Source: Calditrichia bacterium
Lineage (GTDB): Bacteria > Calditrichota > Calditrichia > RBG-13-44-9 > J075
Reading direction: 5' to 3'
Assembly: GCA_050633245.1 (NCBI GenBank)
Contig: JBOEGD010000011.1
Coordinates: 492,985 to 556,984 of the forward strand
DNA length: 64,000 nucleotides
A model generated the notes under the pieces. It was given only the letters and a program-made list of their open reading frames with translations, was not told the DNA's origin and did not search any database. Shown piece by piece: positions 1 to 10,460 of the stretch. Made by a program: the position numbers and the translations under genes. Position 1 is the stretch's first letter. Each line of letters begins with the position of its first letter.

Positions 1-2464
1 TGACAACAAGCTTGTGGGTTCGATCGTAATCGAGAAAGACGTCTTCCGGGCTGGCAAGCTCGGTTTCAATACCACGTTCGTCAAATGTCGAGCGTGTTCC
101 ACTTCCGGTAGCGCTACCACTTTTACCTTTAGCGGATTCCCAGTTGTAGCGAATCGATCCGCCAAACATCCCGCGATTACGCTCCAGGTTTACCTGAAAC
201 CCTTTGATGTTTGCATATTCGCGATTGTCGAATGTGAAGTAACGGACCGCGTTGTTATCTACATAATCAGCAAACTGCAGAAGGTTCGTTACATCTTTCA
301 GATAGGAACTGACGTCGAGATAAAAACCCAGCGGCAAACTGTAAACCAGGCCAACATCATAAGAGATTGTTCGTTCCGGCTCTAATCGCGGATTGCCAAG
401 ACGTTCGTAATTCGGAGACTCATCTGCTTTCAAACGATCGACCAAAACGCGCTCGAAAGCAGGACGCTGAGTAAACACACCATAATTCAGGTGCATAACC
501 GCTTTTTCAGAAACCGGAAATGAGATACCAATTCTCGGTTGAGCAAAAATCTCGAAAGAAGTGTCTTCTTTATCTGCCAGCTCTTCATCGTAGAACGACC
601 CTTGTGTCGGATCATTCGGATCAAAATTAGGATTGCGATAAGGTGAGAATTTATCCGTAAAGTAATCCGTATTAAAGTCGTAGAAATCTAAACGTGCACC
701 AAGATTTGCAATAATACCTTCAAACTCCAGCTTATCCTGAACGTAAAGAGCACCTTCGTATGGATTATTCTTGTAGTTCTCCAGGCGTAAAGAAGCCAGG
801 TTCGTTCGGCTGCGAAGATAACTCACATCGATATCGTAATAATTGAGCTGAAAACCGGCCTTCAGAAGGTTGTACTTGTCAATTTGGCTGGTAACGCTTG
901 TGTTCAGCGCATACGTTTTTGTCGCTTCTGTTCCTGTTGTGGTCTCCAGTTTACCAACCTGATAACCGGTTGGTGCCGTGTAGTCGCGCCAATTTATAGA
1001 GTTCCCATACAAATCAGATAACGTGCTGTCACCTAATAATTCCACATTACGATCTTCAAAAGTAGAAAGACGGCTAAACTTTACATCAATAAAAGTTGAC
1101 GTGCTCCATAAATGATTCCAGTTAAAACCAAATTGATGCGTCGTATTCGTTTCCTTTGCAACGTTTAGAATATTTTCAAACCAGCGGAAATAATTGCTGG
1201 TAATTGCGTTTTCATAGCCGTTATTGAAGTTATAAAGGATTTGGAACTTGTTACTATCGTTTGGCTTAAACGTAACGTTCGAGGCAATTTGACGGGAGAC
1301 ATCCGGGCGTCCCGTTGGCAAAAACGGCTGCACAATTTGCTGTTGTGCAGCGACAAAGAACGTTGCCTCATCAGAAATAGGACCGCCAGTTGAGAAATCA
1401 ACACGATAATCCGGGGCATCGTATTCCATACCGATAGCGCGAACAGACTGCAGCCAAAGCACACGAATCAGTTCAGCAGTTCGCACAGAATCGGCACGAC
1501 TAATTGGCTGCGGAGGGAAAACGATCGGCGCCGGTGGTAAATAGCGGTCAAAACCCAAACCGAAATGCGACCACAATAAAACTCCGGAAATCGGGTCTGT
1601 TCCAAAGGCCCACTCTTCCGGGTTATTTAGCGTCTCAAAATACTCATTGTAGTCTTCGCCGAAGACACTTCCACCATGCGTTTTGTAATACGAGTTTGTT
1701 GAAGACACATCGACATTGGTTTTCCACTCAAGACTTGACCCCTCTTTGGCTATCAAATTGATAACGCCAGACTGCACATTACCATATTCCGCACTGAATC
1801 CTGAGGTGTAAACTTCCACCTCTTTTAAACCTATTGCAATGGGATCAAATGACCGGCCGCTATTTAGCGGATTCACAATGGAAGCACCGTTGACCAGATA
1901 AAGAGACTCACCCGTTCGTCCGCCACGAAAGTGTCCGTCATTAACATCGGCCTGCAGGTTCAAAATATCTCCGACAGAATTAATTCCCGGCAAATTTTCC
2001 AAATCATCCAGACTGTAGCTGACCTTGGTCGCTGTGACATCCTTCTCTACCTTTTGGGGCACAAAAGCAAGCACTTCAACTTCTTGTCCTTCAATCACCT
2101 GGGCTTCTACTTCAAAGTTCAGCTCGGTTGTTTTATCAATCTGAACTTTTACGCCGGTTACCTTTTGGCTGGAATAACCAATATAATTGGTAGAAACAGT
2201 ATAAATGCCCGGAGGGACGTTCAGAATAAAATAAAAACCATCCACATCAGTAGATGCACCATAAGCTGTTTCCAGAGGAACTTCCAGACCGTCGACCCAT
2301 TTGGCCGTAATAACAATATTTGCACCAATCAAAACATCGCCATTAGACTTGTCTGACACCTTACCGGCGATCTTACCAGTTTCTCCAGCGTATCCGCTGA
2401 GAGAAAACAGCAGTATCAGCAAGCAGCTCAGGCTTAAGGATAACGTGGTTTTTGTGTGACTCAT
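1..2464 (-). CDS. TonB-dependent receptor with N-terminal carboxypeptidase-regulatory-like domain (3' end runs off the window)
   Basis: Not in the ORF track. 5' part translated by hand from ATG 2464 (RBS GAGG): MSHTKTTLSLSLSCLLILLFSLSGYAGETGKIAGKVSD...GASTDVDGFYFILNVPPGIYTVSTNYIGY...HFRGGRTGESLYLVNG...EVEVYTSGFSAEYGNVQSGVIN, i.e. signal peptide, CarboxypepD_reg-like domain and plug motif. Confidence 0.9.
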   Translation of the reverse strand, partial: MSHTKTTLSLSLSCLLILLFSLSGYAGETGKIAGKVSDKSNGDVLIGANIVITAKWVDGLEVPLETAYGASTDVDGFYFILNVPPGIYTVSTNYIGYSSQKVTGVKVQIDKTTELNFEVEAQVIEGQEVEVLAFVPQKVEKDVTATKVSYSLDDLENLPGINSVGDILNLQADVNDGHFRGGRTGESLYLVNGASIVNPLNSGRSFDPIAIGLKEVEVYTSGFSAEYGNVQSGVINLIAKEGSSLEWKTNVDVSSTNSYYKTHGGSVFGEDYNEYFETLNNPEEWAFGTDPISGVLLWSHFGLGFDRYLPPAPIVFPPQPISRADSVRTAELIRVLWLQSVRAIGMEYDAPDYRVDFSTGGPISDEATFFVAAQQQIVQPFLPTGRPDVSRQIASNVTFKPNDSNKFQILYNFNNGYENAITSNYFRWFENILNVAKETNTTHQFGFNWNHLWSTSTFIDVKFSRLSTFEDRNVELLGDSTLSDLYGNSINWRDYTAPTGYQVGKLETTTGTEATKTYALNTSVTSQIDKYNLLKAGFQLNYYDIDVSYLRSRTNLASLRLENYKNNPYEGALYVQDKLEFEGIIANLGARLDFYDFNTDYFTDKFSPYRNPNFDPNDPTQGSFYDEELADKEDTSFEIFAQPRIGISFPVSEKAVMHLNYGVFTQRPAFERVLVDRLKADESPNYERLGNPRLEPERTISYDVGLVYSLPLGFYLDVSSYLKDVTNLLQFADYVDNNAVRYFTFDNREYANIKGFQVNLERNRGMFGGSIRYNWESAKGKSGSATGSGTRSTFDERGIETELASPEDVFLDYDRTHKLVV

Positions 2465-2513
2465 AACAACCTCGGTTACTTTGTTCATTACAACTAGTTT
2501 TAGTTGACTCATC

Positions 2514-3809
2514 TTATAAGCCAAGCAATCTTGGCAGGAACATGGTTATTTCGGGTACATAGGTAATTATCAACAGTGCCAATACCATGGCAATGTACAT
2601 CGGAAGCAGTGGGCGTATAATGCTGGCAATAGAAACTTTGGCAACACCACAGCCCACAAAAAGCACGGTGCCAACAGGCGGTGTGCACAGACCGATGCAA
2701 AGGTTAAAAATCATCATAATTCCGAAGTGCAGTGGGTCGATCCCCATGCTAATAGCAATCGGTAAAAAGACCGGCGTGAAGATTAGTATTGCCGGCGTCA
2801 TATCCATAAAGGTGCCAACCATCAATAAAATCAGATTCATGATCAGCAGAATAACAATCGGATTATCGCTCAGTGCCAATAACGAAGCCGTTATCGTCTG
2901 CGGAATACTTTCATAAGCCAAAAGCCATGAAAGTCCCATCGACGTACCAATCAGCAGCATTACTACCGATGTGGTTACGCTGGAATCCAACAGGATCTGT
3001 TTTAAGTCGGAAAAGCTGACTTCTTTATAGACCAGCATTGACAAGACGAGCGCATACACTACCGCAATGGCAGCAGCCTCGGTCGCCGTAAAGATTCCCG
3101 CTACAATTCCGCCGATTACAATAATGATTAGTGTTAGACTTAGTGCGGCATCAGCAAGCCTGCGAACGGCTTCACCAATAGTAACCCGCTCGGCACGGCC
3201 ATAGCCTTTTTTCGCTGCCACAACTCCGGCAACGGCCATAAGAGCAAGCCCTAGTAAAAGACCAGGTAAATATCCCGCTACGAAGAGGGCAGCAATAGAG
3301 ACACCACCACTTGCAAGCGAATAAATAATCAGAACATTACTGGGGGGAATAATCAATCCGGTGGTTGCAGACGAAACATTAACCGCTGCACTGAAAGAAG
3401 GATCGTAGCCATTTTCTACCATTCGCGGGTGCATAAAAGAACCAATCGCAGCCGCAGAAGCAATAGCTGAACCGGAGATTGCTCCGAACAACATTGCTGA
3501 AACTATATTTACGAAAGCAAGTCCACCCGGGAAGCTTCCAACCAAAGACTTTGCAAATTCGATAAGCCTCCTTGCCAGCCCGCCGCGCGCCATAAGGTTT
3601 CCGGAGAGTATAAAGAATGGAATTGCCAGCAATGTAAAACTATCCAAACCGGTTGCAATTCGTTGCGTCACGGTTCCAACAGCTGGCGTTATATCCATAT
3701 TCAGCATCATGGTAAATCCGGTTGCCAACGCAATACAATAAGCAATCGGAACGTTCATAAAAACCAGAACAGTAAAGCTAATCAGTAAGATGGCGATATC
3801 AGCGCTCAT
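2514..3809 (-). CDS. dctM: TRAP transporter large permease
   Basis: 431 aa, highly hydrophobic; LLAIPFFILSG, GAISGSA, IIPPS, FTATEA, GLCTPPVG motifs. Confidence 0.95.
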   Translation of the reverse strand: MSADIAILLISFTVLVFMNVPIAYCIALATGFTMMLNMDITPAVGTVTQRIATGLDSFTLLAIPFFILSGNLMARGGLARRLIEFAKSLVGSFPGGLAFVNIVSAMLFGAISGSAIASAAAIGSFMHPRMVENGYDPSFSAAVNVSSATTGLIIPPSNVLIIYSLASGGVSIAALFVAGYLPGLLLGLALMAVAGVVAAKKGYGRAERVTIGEAVRRLADAALSLTLIIIVIGGIVAGIFTATEAAAIAVVYALVLSMLVYKEVSFSDLKQILLDSSVTTSVVMLLIGTSMGLSWLLAYESIPQTITASLLALSDNPIVILLIMNLILLMVGTFMDMTPAILIFTPVFLPIAISMGIDPLHFGIMMIFNLCIGLCTPPVGTVLFVGCGVAKVSIASIIRPLLPMYIAMVLALLIITYVPEITMFLPRLLGL

Positions 3810-4318
3810 GCCTGTCCTCCTGGGTTTGGTGCGCTTAACATAGACGACTTTTCTTCCAGTTGTCCGGTAAGTGCAGCAATTGAGTAGAAGATCATCAGCA
3901 GACCGCTAATGGGTAGTACCAAATAGATATAGCCAACCGGAAGTTGGAAAGCAGCTGAGAGTTGCTTAACCGTCAACGTGACGTATACCAGATAGCTGCC
4001 GCCATAGACAAAGAACAACGCCGAAAAAAGTATGATCATCGAATAGATAAAAATCTCAGAGAACTTCTTGGCCGATCCGGTGAGCTTTACAGTTACAATG
4101 TCGATACCCAGGTGTGCACGCAACCTTAGCGCATAAGCAGCACCCAACATACTGACCCATATCAACAAATACGTGGCCAGCTCCGCAGTATAGGAACTTG
4201 GATCGTTTAACACATATCGCGTAACTACCTGCCAGGTTACTACCACAACCATAAGGCCCATGATAAAAACGAGCAGCTTTTCTAAAACTTGATCGATTAT
4301 TGCGACAGCAGATTTCAT
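3806..4318 (-). CDS. dctQ: TRAP transporter small permease
   Basis: 4 TM segments; WQVVTRY, ELATYLLIW, HLGID; overlaps dctM and dctP. Confidence 0.93.
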   Translation of the reverse strand: MKSAVAIIDQVLEKLLVFIMGLMVVVVTWQVVTRYVLNDPSSYTAELATYLLIWVSMLGAAYALRLRAHLGIDIVTVKLTGSAKKFSEIFIYSMIILFSALFFVYGGSYLVYVTLTVKQLSAAFQLPVGYIYLVLPISGLLMIFYSIAALTGQLEEKSSMLSAPNPGGQA

Positions 4319-5349
4319 GGCTGCACCTCCATAGAATCGTTTTCTACCGGTGTTTCGGGAAGCAAAGCCTTAATTTTGGAGGCCCAATTGCCAAGTTCAG
4401 AACCTTCGAGATCGGCATAAATCGGATCGACGATATCCTGAAACTTGGATTTGTCAGGACGAATCACTTTAACACCAGCTTCTTCAACTGCTTTCAATGC
4501 CTGGTTTGTCATATCGCCCCAAAGCTTGCGCTGTAAATCAAGTGATTCTCGCACGCTCTGATCAATCCATCCTTGCTGCTCTGCAGATAGCTTGTTCCAA
4601 GTATGCGTACTCATCACCAGCACATCGGGTGGCGCAGAGTGCTCATCCAACACAAAATAGTCGCAGAGCTCGTAAAACTTTTTTTGATAGAAGTTGGGTG
4701 GGTTATTCTCGGCACCATCAACGACTCCCTGCTGCAAAGCAGAATATAGTTCACTGTAAGCCAGTGGTGTTGCATTACCGCCAAGTAGATTGATTGTACG
4801 TATGGATAGATTGCTGCGCATAACGCGAATTTTGAGGCCGGCAAGATCTTCCGGTTCTTCAACCTTTTGCTGTGCCAGAAAGAAACTGCGAAAACCAGCA
4901 TCATAGTAACAGAGTCCACGCAGAAAATATGGCTCGCCCTGCAGTAGAATATCTCTTCCGATATCGCCTTTAAAAACCTGCCAGTAGTGGTCATCATCCC
5001 GAAATAAATAAGGTAGACTATAAACCCCCATAGCCGGTACGAAATTCTCGAGCACGCCCGCAGACACCTTTGTCATGTCCAATGAGCCAAGCTGTAACAG
5101 CTCAAGACTCTCGCGCTCATTTCCAAGCTGGCTACTTGGGTAGACTTCAATGCGTATTGTTCCATCAGACAACTCAGCCAGACGCGTCCCCATAAACTCC
5201 ATGCTTTTATGCACGGTTGAGTTCACATCCAACACATGTCCAACTCGCAGCAAGACCTCCTGTTTTTCCTCTGCACAGGAGCCCAGGAAAAACAGAAACA
5301 GAACGGAGGAACAAAAATGCGTAACAAATCGTTTCATATTACTTTCCAT
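4315..5349 (-). CDS. dctP: TRAP substrate-binding protein (lipoprotein)
   Basis: Lipobox LGSC; YPSSQLG, GLKIRVM, ELYSALQQGVVDGAENN. Confidence 0.93.
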   Translation of the reverse strand: MESNMKRFVTHFCSSVLFLFFLGSCAEEKQEVLLRVGHVLDVNSTVHKSMEFMGTRLAELSDGTIRIEVYPSSQLGNERESLELLQLGSLDMTKVSAGVLENFVPAMGVYSLPYLFRDDDHYWQVFKGDIGRDILLQGEPYFLRGLCYYDAGFRSFFLAQQKVEEPEDLAGLKIRVMRSNLSIRTINLLGGNATPLAYSELYSALQQGVVDGAENNPPNFYQKKFYELCDYFVLDEHSAPPDVLVMSTHTWNKLSAEQQGWIDQSVRESLDLQRKLWGDMTNQALKAVEEAGVKVIRPDKSKFQDIVDPIYADLEGSELGNWASKIKALLPETPVENDSMEVQP

Positions 5350-5683
5350 TCAAGAACTCTTCACGGTGAGGAGTAAATACATCAATTAGAACACCATCCT
5401 CCAGACAAACACAGCCATGCAGTAAATTTTTAGGTACATAAAAGCAGTCACCATGATTCAAAACTGATTTCTCTCCATCAATCTCAACTTCAAAGCTGCC
5501 AGACTCGACGTAAGAGACCTGCCGATGATCGTGACGATGCAAAACGCCCACCGCACCTTTTTTAAACAGAACACGAACCAGCATTATATCGTCACCATAT
5601 CCGAGAATCTGACGGGTGATTCCTCCACCTAGGTCTTCAACTTTTATTTCTTTTGCTTTCACAAACACTTCAGACGCGACCAC
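5339..5683 (-). CDS. kdgF: KdgF-type cupin (linearises unsaturated monouronate)
   Basis: GITRQILGY, H.HDH.QVSYV.SG.FEV, HGCVCLEDGVLIDVFTP.REEFL; context. Confidence 0.85.
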   Translation of the reverse strand: MVASEVFVKAKEIKVEDLGGGITRQILGYGDDIMLVRVLFKKGAVGVLHRHDHRQVSYVESGSFEVEIDGEKSVLNHGDCFYVPKNLLHGCVCLEDGVLIDVFTPHREEFLNGK

Positions 5684-5722
5684 ACTGCCTCCAGGGTTGA
5701 TTTGAGTTCCGATATGTTCCGT

Positions 5723-6484
5723 TTAGATAAAGTAGAGGCCACTATTTATTTCAATAGACTCACCATTGATATACGACGACTTGTCTGTAGCCAAAAAGAG
5801 GACTGCGTTTGCAACATCTTCCGGCTGTCCTTCTCTTTCTGCAAGAGTTTTAGATGCTACCATCTTGCGAACGTCATCAGGAGTAAAGGTGTCATGAAAA
5901 GTAGTGGCTATTAAACCAGGGGAAACAGCATTTACACGGATTTTTCGTGGCTTTAACTCTTTAGCAAGTCCACGAGTAAAGGTCAAAGCAGCACCTTTAG
6001 ATGTGGAATAGGCAATTGCGCCACCGCCGCCGCCATCGCGACCGGCAAGTGAAGCCAGATTTACAATAGCACCGCCATCATTCATATTTTCAAGACATGC
6101 CTTCGTTACCAAAAACATGCTTTTCATGTTCACGTCCATAACTAAGTCCCAGAAGGCCTCATCCATTTCATGCATACGCTTGCGCGCCATTAAACCACCG
6201 GCATTATTAACAAGAACGTCAACGTTTCCGCCGAAATGCTCTTTTGCAGCCGCGGGTAGTTTTTGTGCTTCGGTCCATTTGGTCACATCCGCCTGAACAG
6301 CCACAGCCTTACCATCCATAGCAACAATTTGGCTAACAGTTTCTTCTGCACCAGCGGCACTGGAGTTATAATTCACAACAACAGAAGCGCCTTCCTCAGC
6401 TAATTTCAGACAAATATGGCGTCCAATATCACGCCCACCACCAGTAACTACAGCAATCTTTCCAGCTAAACTTTTCATTCTCAT
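5723..6484 (-). CDS. SDR oxidoreductase, probable DEH (4-deoxy-L-erythro-5-hexoseulose uronate) reductase
   Basis: TGGGRDIG, NNAGG, SLAGRDGGGGGAIAYSTSKG, TTFHDTF, resembling alginate DehR-type SDRs; next to lyase and kdgF. Confidence 0.8.
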   Translation of the reverse strand: MRMKSLAGKIAVVTGGGRDIGRHICLKLAEEGASVVVNYNSSAAGAEETVSQIVAMDGKAVAVQADVTKWTEAQKLPAAAKEHFGGNVDVLVNNAGGLMARKRMHEMDEAFWDLVMDVNMKSMFLVTKACLENMNDGGAIVNLASLAGRDGGGGGAIAYSTSKGAALTFTRGLAKELKPRKIRVNAVSPGLIATTFHDTFTPDDVRKMVASKTLAEREGQPEDVANAVLFLATDKSSYINGESIEINSGLYFI

Positions 6485-6504
6485 ACCGCCCCGATTTTCG
6501 ATAT

Positions 6505-8688
6505 TTATTTTGTTGTTTTGATTAACTTCTCAATAGAGTACTGGCCGTTCCAGCGATAGGTTTTGCCATTAAAATCAACAGAATGGTTTCCGGTGCCTTT
6601 ATTCGACAGCAGCACACGCAATCCATTCCCATCCTTTTTTACGACTTCCACAACGCTGGCCGCATCACTATGCCCAACAACCCGCACATCGAAGATGCTG
6701 CTTCTGGCATTACGCGATTTTTCGCCAGCTTCGTTAAAGAAACCATGAGGTTCTATGACGCTTGCAAACAGGTGAGACTTGGCATTGCGGCGAATAAGTA
6801 TCATTGGCTCTGAACGTAGATTAAAGTCCGGATCATTGGCACCAACCCGTCCGGTTAACACCTGAGTACCAGGAGAAGCGGCAGTAGACACGGAGTAGTA
6901 GCGATTTCCCAGTAGCCAGGTTAACTGCACCAGACTATCCGTTTTTGCTTCACCGGTTTTCCAAATGTGCTGATACCCATGAACATCGCCCAATGAGACA
7001 ATTTTCTCTCTGGCCGCTTTAACCTTGGACGTTGTTATAATCTGACCACGATAATGAACAGGATAATCGTATTGCTGCATTTTCGCGGATTTTAAGCGAA
7101 ACAGATCAATAACAATCGGATGTTCAAAAGCAGAATTGTTCAATAAAAAAACAGTGCGCTGCATTTCAGTATCTTCATATTGCAAATTAGCACGAGCACT
7201 CATTACCTGAACGTCAGGGTCTTCTATCGAAAAGAAATGACGCTCTGCCCAAACGGCATCGGCAGCTTTTCTTTTACCTTTGTTCTGAGAGATTCCGTTA
7301 ACGACAACCGTATTGTGAGCGATGGTTTGTTTGGCATAACTATTGTTCTCGGGAAGGTAACGGCCACCAAACTTCGGCTCCATATTTATCCAACGGGCAA
7401 AGCCATAGTCCGGTAGAACTTCATTTCCCTGATCAAAGAACATCAGCTGCAGCTTATCAAAATGCCCATGCCCCAAACCATGAACGCCATATTTCATAAG
7501 CAACATGGACTGTTTTTCGCCAGACCCGGTGCGCAAAATGCCCAACCCACCACGAAGCCCGTCACTACCGTCGCGGAATTCCACGCTTGGCCAGCTAAGT
7601 TCAGGACGATTTTGGGTCAACGCGGATGCAACTTTTAGCCCTGCACCATTCAAGATCACTTGATCCTGAATAGATGCGATTGCCAGCAAGTTCTCGTCGC
7701 TGCCATAATGCCGATACGCTAAATCTGTTGCAAACAATACGCCGGGCGCCCTTACATCCATGGTGCGTGACGCATCGTTAATCGGTGGAAAGATTCCATT
7801 GGGATAACTCGTTTGAACCGCTCCAAGGAGCACCTTTTTCAAAATTCCATTTCGATGTTTATAAATACCGAGCTCAGGTTGCTTGCGCTGAATAGCGTCG
7901 GCAAAGAGGAAGAATGGACGGAGCGCATATCGAATATAGTAGGGCCCCTCCATGTAATAGCCATCTGGCGAGAACAGGAGATCGAGCTGCTTTAGAAAGC
8001 CCCCCGTTTCATTGCGTTCCGTACCGTAAATTGCGCGATCCACCAGTTCCTGATCACCCATCACATATCCGATCATACCAACAGATGCGCAGGTCCACGT
8101 ACCGTGATTGTGAATGCGGTTAAACTGAGCAGCATTGCGCTCTGAGAACCAGTTTGCCATAGGATAAAACAGACGCTTTTCCATGTATTCGCGATCAGAC
8201 TTATCCAGCCAGTCGTAAATACAGTCGTATGCAATACTTGCATAAACCAGCCAAACTGCTTCGTTTAGCGTTTGGTGGAAAATTTTGCCAGGTGATTGCT
8301 TATAAGAAAGAGGGTGTGGGCCAAGATCGGGATAAATATCTGCATAACTGCGCAGCATATTTTTAACGAATAGTGCATATTTTTCGTCGCCTGTAATTGT
8401 AAACAGCAGGCCGGCATTGCGCATTTCACGGTAATTTTGCTTGTGTTTCTCATGCTCATAGCCACCGGCTTCACCAGGTGGAGGAATCTCCAGATCATGC
8501 TGCATTGCCTTCTCAACTTCGGCCATCGCAAGATCAAAAGATTTTTGTAAAACCGGATAGTTGGACAAATTACTGCGAATTTCAGTTGCCTCAGCCGCAG
8601 TAATGAAAATTGACGGGTGTTCATCCGCCAAAACGGCAAAAGAGCCAAGAGTCAATAAAAACCCAACAATACAATAACGAAAAAACAT
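6505..8688 (-). CDS. Oligoalginate lyase, PL17-like (alginate lyase + heparinase II/III domains)
   Basis: Signal peptide; GGYEHEKHKQNY, QTLNEAVWL, IHNHGTW, FSPDGYYMEGPYY.RYA, GHGHFDKL, DYG.AR..N.E.KFGGRYLPEN, QTIAHNTVVV. Confidence 0.92.
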   Translation of the reverse strand: MFFRYCIVGFLLTLGSFAVLADEHPSIFITAAEATEIRSNLSNYPVLQKSFDLAMAEVEKAMQHDLEIPPPGEAGGYEHEKHKQNYREMRNAGLLFTITGDEKYALFVKNMLRSYADIYPDLGPHPLSYKQSPGKIFHQTLNEAVWLVYASIAYDCIYDWLDKSDREYMEKRLFYPMANWFSERNAAQFNRIHNHGTWTCASVGMIGYVMGDQELVDRAIYGTERNETGGFLKQLDLLFSPDGYYMEGPYYIRYALRPFFLFADAIQRKQPELGIYKHRNGILKKVLLGAVQTSYPNGIFPPINDASRTMDVRAPGVLFATDLAYRHYGSDENLLAIASIQDQVILNGAGLKVASALTQNRPELSWPSVEFRDGSDGLRGGLGILRTGSGEKQSMLLMKYGVHGLGHGHFDKLQLMFFDQGNEVLPDYGFARWINMEPKFGGRYLPENNSYAKQTIAHNTVVVNGISQNKGKRKAADAVWAERHFFSIEDPDVQVMSARANLQYEDTEMQRTVFLLNNSAFEHPIVIDLFRLKSAKMQQYDYPVHYRGQIITTSKVKAAREKIVSLGDVHGYQHIWKTGEAKTDSLVQLTWLLGNRYYSVSTAASPGTQVLTGRVGANDPDFNLRSEPMILIRRNAKSHLFASVIEPHGFFNEAGEKSRNARSSIFDVRVVGHSDAASVVEVVKKDGNGLRVLLSNKGTGNHSVDFNGKTYRWNGQYSIEKLIKTTK

Positions 8689-8719
8689 ACGTTCTATGCT
8701 CCGGTACGCGTTAAAATCT

Positions 8720-9550
8720 CTAGCGAATTCGTTTCATATCAACAGGAATCATATCCGTATAATCCTGATTTTCCCCACCCATTGCCCAAATAAAGCTATA
8801 GTTCGACGTGGCCGCGCCGGAATGAATAGACCACGGTGGCGAAATTGCAGCCTGATGATTTCTAACTACTAAATGACGTGTTTCCTCGGGTTCTCCCATC
8901 AGATGGAACACCACGCTCTCTTCCGGTAAGCCGAAGTAAAAGTAAATTTCAGAACGACGAGAGTGATAATGTGCAGGCATGGTGTTCCAAACGCTTCCGG
9001 CATGCATCTCGGTAAACCCCAGAACCAGTTGGGAGCTTTCTATACCACCATTGAAAATGTATTTATAAATGGTTCGCTTATTCGATTCCTCAGCACTACC
9101 GAGATGTAGAGGTTCGGCGTCGCTAATACGTGCGTGTCGTGTTGGATAAGCTGCATGCGCAGGATAACTAACCAGATAATAGCATGCGGGATTATTCAAA
9201 GACTCACTTTCGAATGAAACGCTGTGATCTCCCTTTCCCACATATAGTGCATCGCGTGTGCTCATGACAAAACGTTCATCATCTACAACGACTGTCCCGT
9301 TTCCACCAACATTCATTATGGCAAATTCGCGACGTTCAGTAAAGCTGGATGCGCGTAGCAGCTCTGGATTGGGGAGGAGTAAGGGGTCGGCAAGTGGAAT
9401 AATTCCACCAATGACCGTTCTTTCCATATCCACATAAGCAAGTTGAACTTTTCCCGGCTGCATAAGTGTGTCGAGCAAGAAATTGTCGCGAAGGTCCTGC
9501 GAGTGCAGATCCTTATAACGAACGGCATCTGGTATGGAGATATATTTCAT
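8720..9550 (-). CDS. kduI: 5-dehydro-4-deoxy-D-glucuronate isomerase
   Basis: ERRE..I.NVGG, SNKRTIYKY, GSVWNTMPAH.H.RRSE.Y.YF, ETRHLVV.N.QA.ISPPWSIHSG, FIWAMGGENQ; ATG 9550 preferred to TTG 9559. Confidence 0.95.
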   Translation of the reverse strand: MKYISIPDAVRYKDLHSQDLRDNFLLDTLMQPGKVQLAYVDMERTVIGGIIPLADPLLLPNPELLRASSFTERREFAIMNVGGNGTVVVDDERFVMSTRDALYVGKGDHSVSFESESLNNPACYYLVSYPAHAAYPTRHARISDAEPLHLGSAEESNKRTIYKYIFNGGIESSQLVLGFTEMHAGSVWNTMPAHYHSRRSEIYFYFGLPEESVVFHLMGEPEETRHLVVRNHQAAISPPWSIHSGAATSNYSFIWAMGGENQDYTDMIPVDMKRIR

Positions 9551-9595
9551 TGTTTGCAATCAGTAATGTGTGTTTTAAGGCGGACATCCCACGTA

Positions 9596-9617
9596 TCATG
9601 TCAGATGTCATACAAAT
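9596..9617. promoter_or_regulatory. Candidate FadR/GntR operator upstream of the kduI operon
   Basis: ATGTCATACAAAT (9605-9617) preceded by partial copy ATGTCAG; its exact reverse complement lies at 10461-10473. Confidence 0.65.
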
Positions 9618-9626
9618 TAATTGTCT

Positions 9627-9657
9627 AAAAAAATAGTCACTCGCAAAGTAGTGACTA
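9627..9657 (-). terminator. Intrinsic terminator after the gntR gene
   Basis: TAGTCACT/AGTGACTA stem followed on the minus strand by T7. Confidence 0.75.
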
Positions 9658-9675
9658 CATAGGATTCACTCTTTA

Positions 9676-10446
9676 TTACAGTGCAGTCTGATTGGTTTGG
9701 TTTGCTTCAAGTACTTCTTCTGCCCGTAGAATCTCAATCAACTTCAACACGTCGTCACGTGCCATCTGCATGTGCTCAACCATTGCTTTGTGGGCCTTTT
9801 TCGGATTCCTTGCTTCGATGCAATCAACGATGCCACTATGATAATCGAACGCATCCTGACCTGGATCATGAGGCACCTTACTAACTACCAACGTTTTAAT
9901 CCGCGGCATCTGGCTATAAATTGGCTCCATCATCAATGGCAACAAGGGGTTTCCACTAGCTTCCATAATTCTAGTGTGAAACTGTAAATCCAACAAAGCA
10001 CGTTTTTCAACATCGTCCTGATTGTCTAAATAATCTTGAAGATTTTTTCGCAAGTAAACAATATCTGCCTCTGAGTGATTTAGGGCCGCCAGTCGAGCAG
10101 CCTCCGGCTCCATAATTTGACGCAGATCGGTAATGTGTAAGACATAACTTGAATCGAAGTTCAGCTCAAGATAAAGGCTCATTGGCTTACTGGCATGGTC
10201 GGTAGTAAAGTCATTAACAAACATCCCACTGCCCTTGCGAATCGTAATAAGGCCACGCGCACTCAAAATCTGAAGTGCTTCGCGAAGAGCTGTTCTGCTT
10301 ACGCCGAACATCGCACAAAGCTCTTTTTCGGTTGGCAGTTTCTGCCCGGCCTGTAATTTCTTTTCGCGAATGCTTTTTTCTATTTGACGGACTATTTCCT
10401 GTCCAAGCGTGCGCTGACTACCAATTTGATTGAATATAGTGTCCAC
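9676..10446 (-). CDS. FadR/GntR family transcriptional regulator (wHTH + FCD)
   Basis: KLPTEKELCAMFGVSRTALREAL, LDLQFH, SGNPLL; GTG 10446 with RBS (CAGGGA) preferred, because the longer ORF 5' extension covers the operator. Confidence 0.92.
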   Translation of the reverse strand: MDTIFNQIGSQRTLGQEIVRQIEKSIREKKLQAGQKLPTEKELCAMFGVSRTALREALQILSARGLITIRKGSGMFVNDFTTDHASKPMSLYLELNFDSSYVLHITDLRQIMEPEAARLAALNHSEADIVYLRKNLQDYLDNQDDVEKRALLDLQFHTRIMEASGNPLLPLMMEPIYSQMPRIKTLVVSKVPHDPGQDAFDYHSGIVDCIEARNPKKAHKAMVEHMQMARDDVLKLIEILRAEEVLEANQTNQTAL

Positions 10447-10460
10447 TCTGTTCCCTGTAT

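Noticed and set aside
14-2356. Short ORFs listed in the first 2.4 kb
   Set aside because: They are shadows of the long minus-strand TonB-dependent receptor frame, which the track omits, presumably because its stop lies outside the window.
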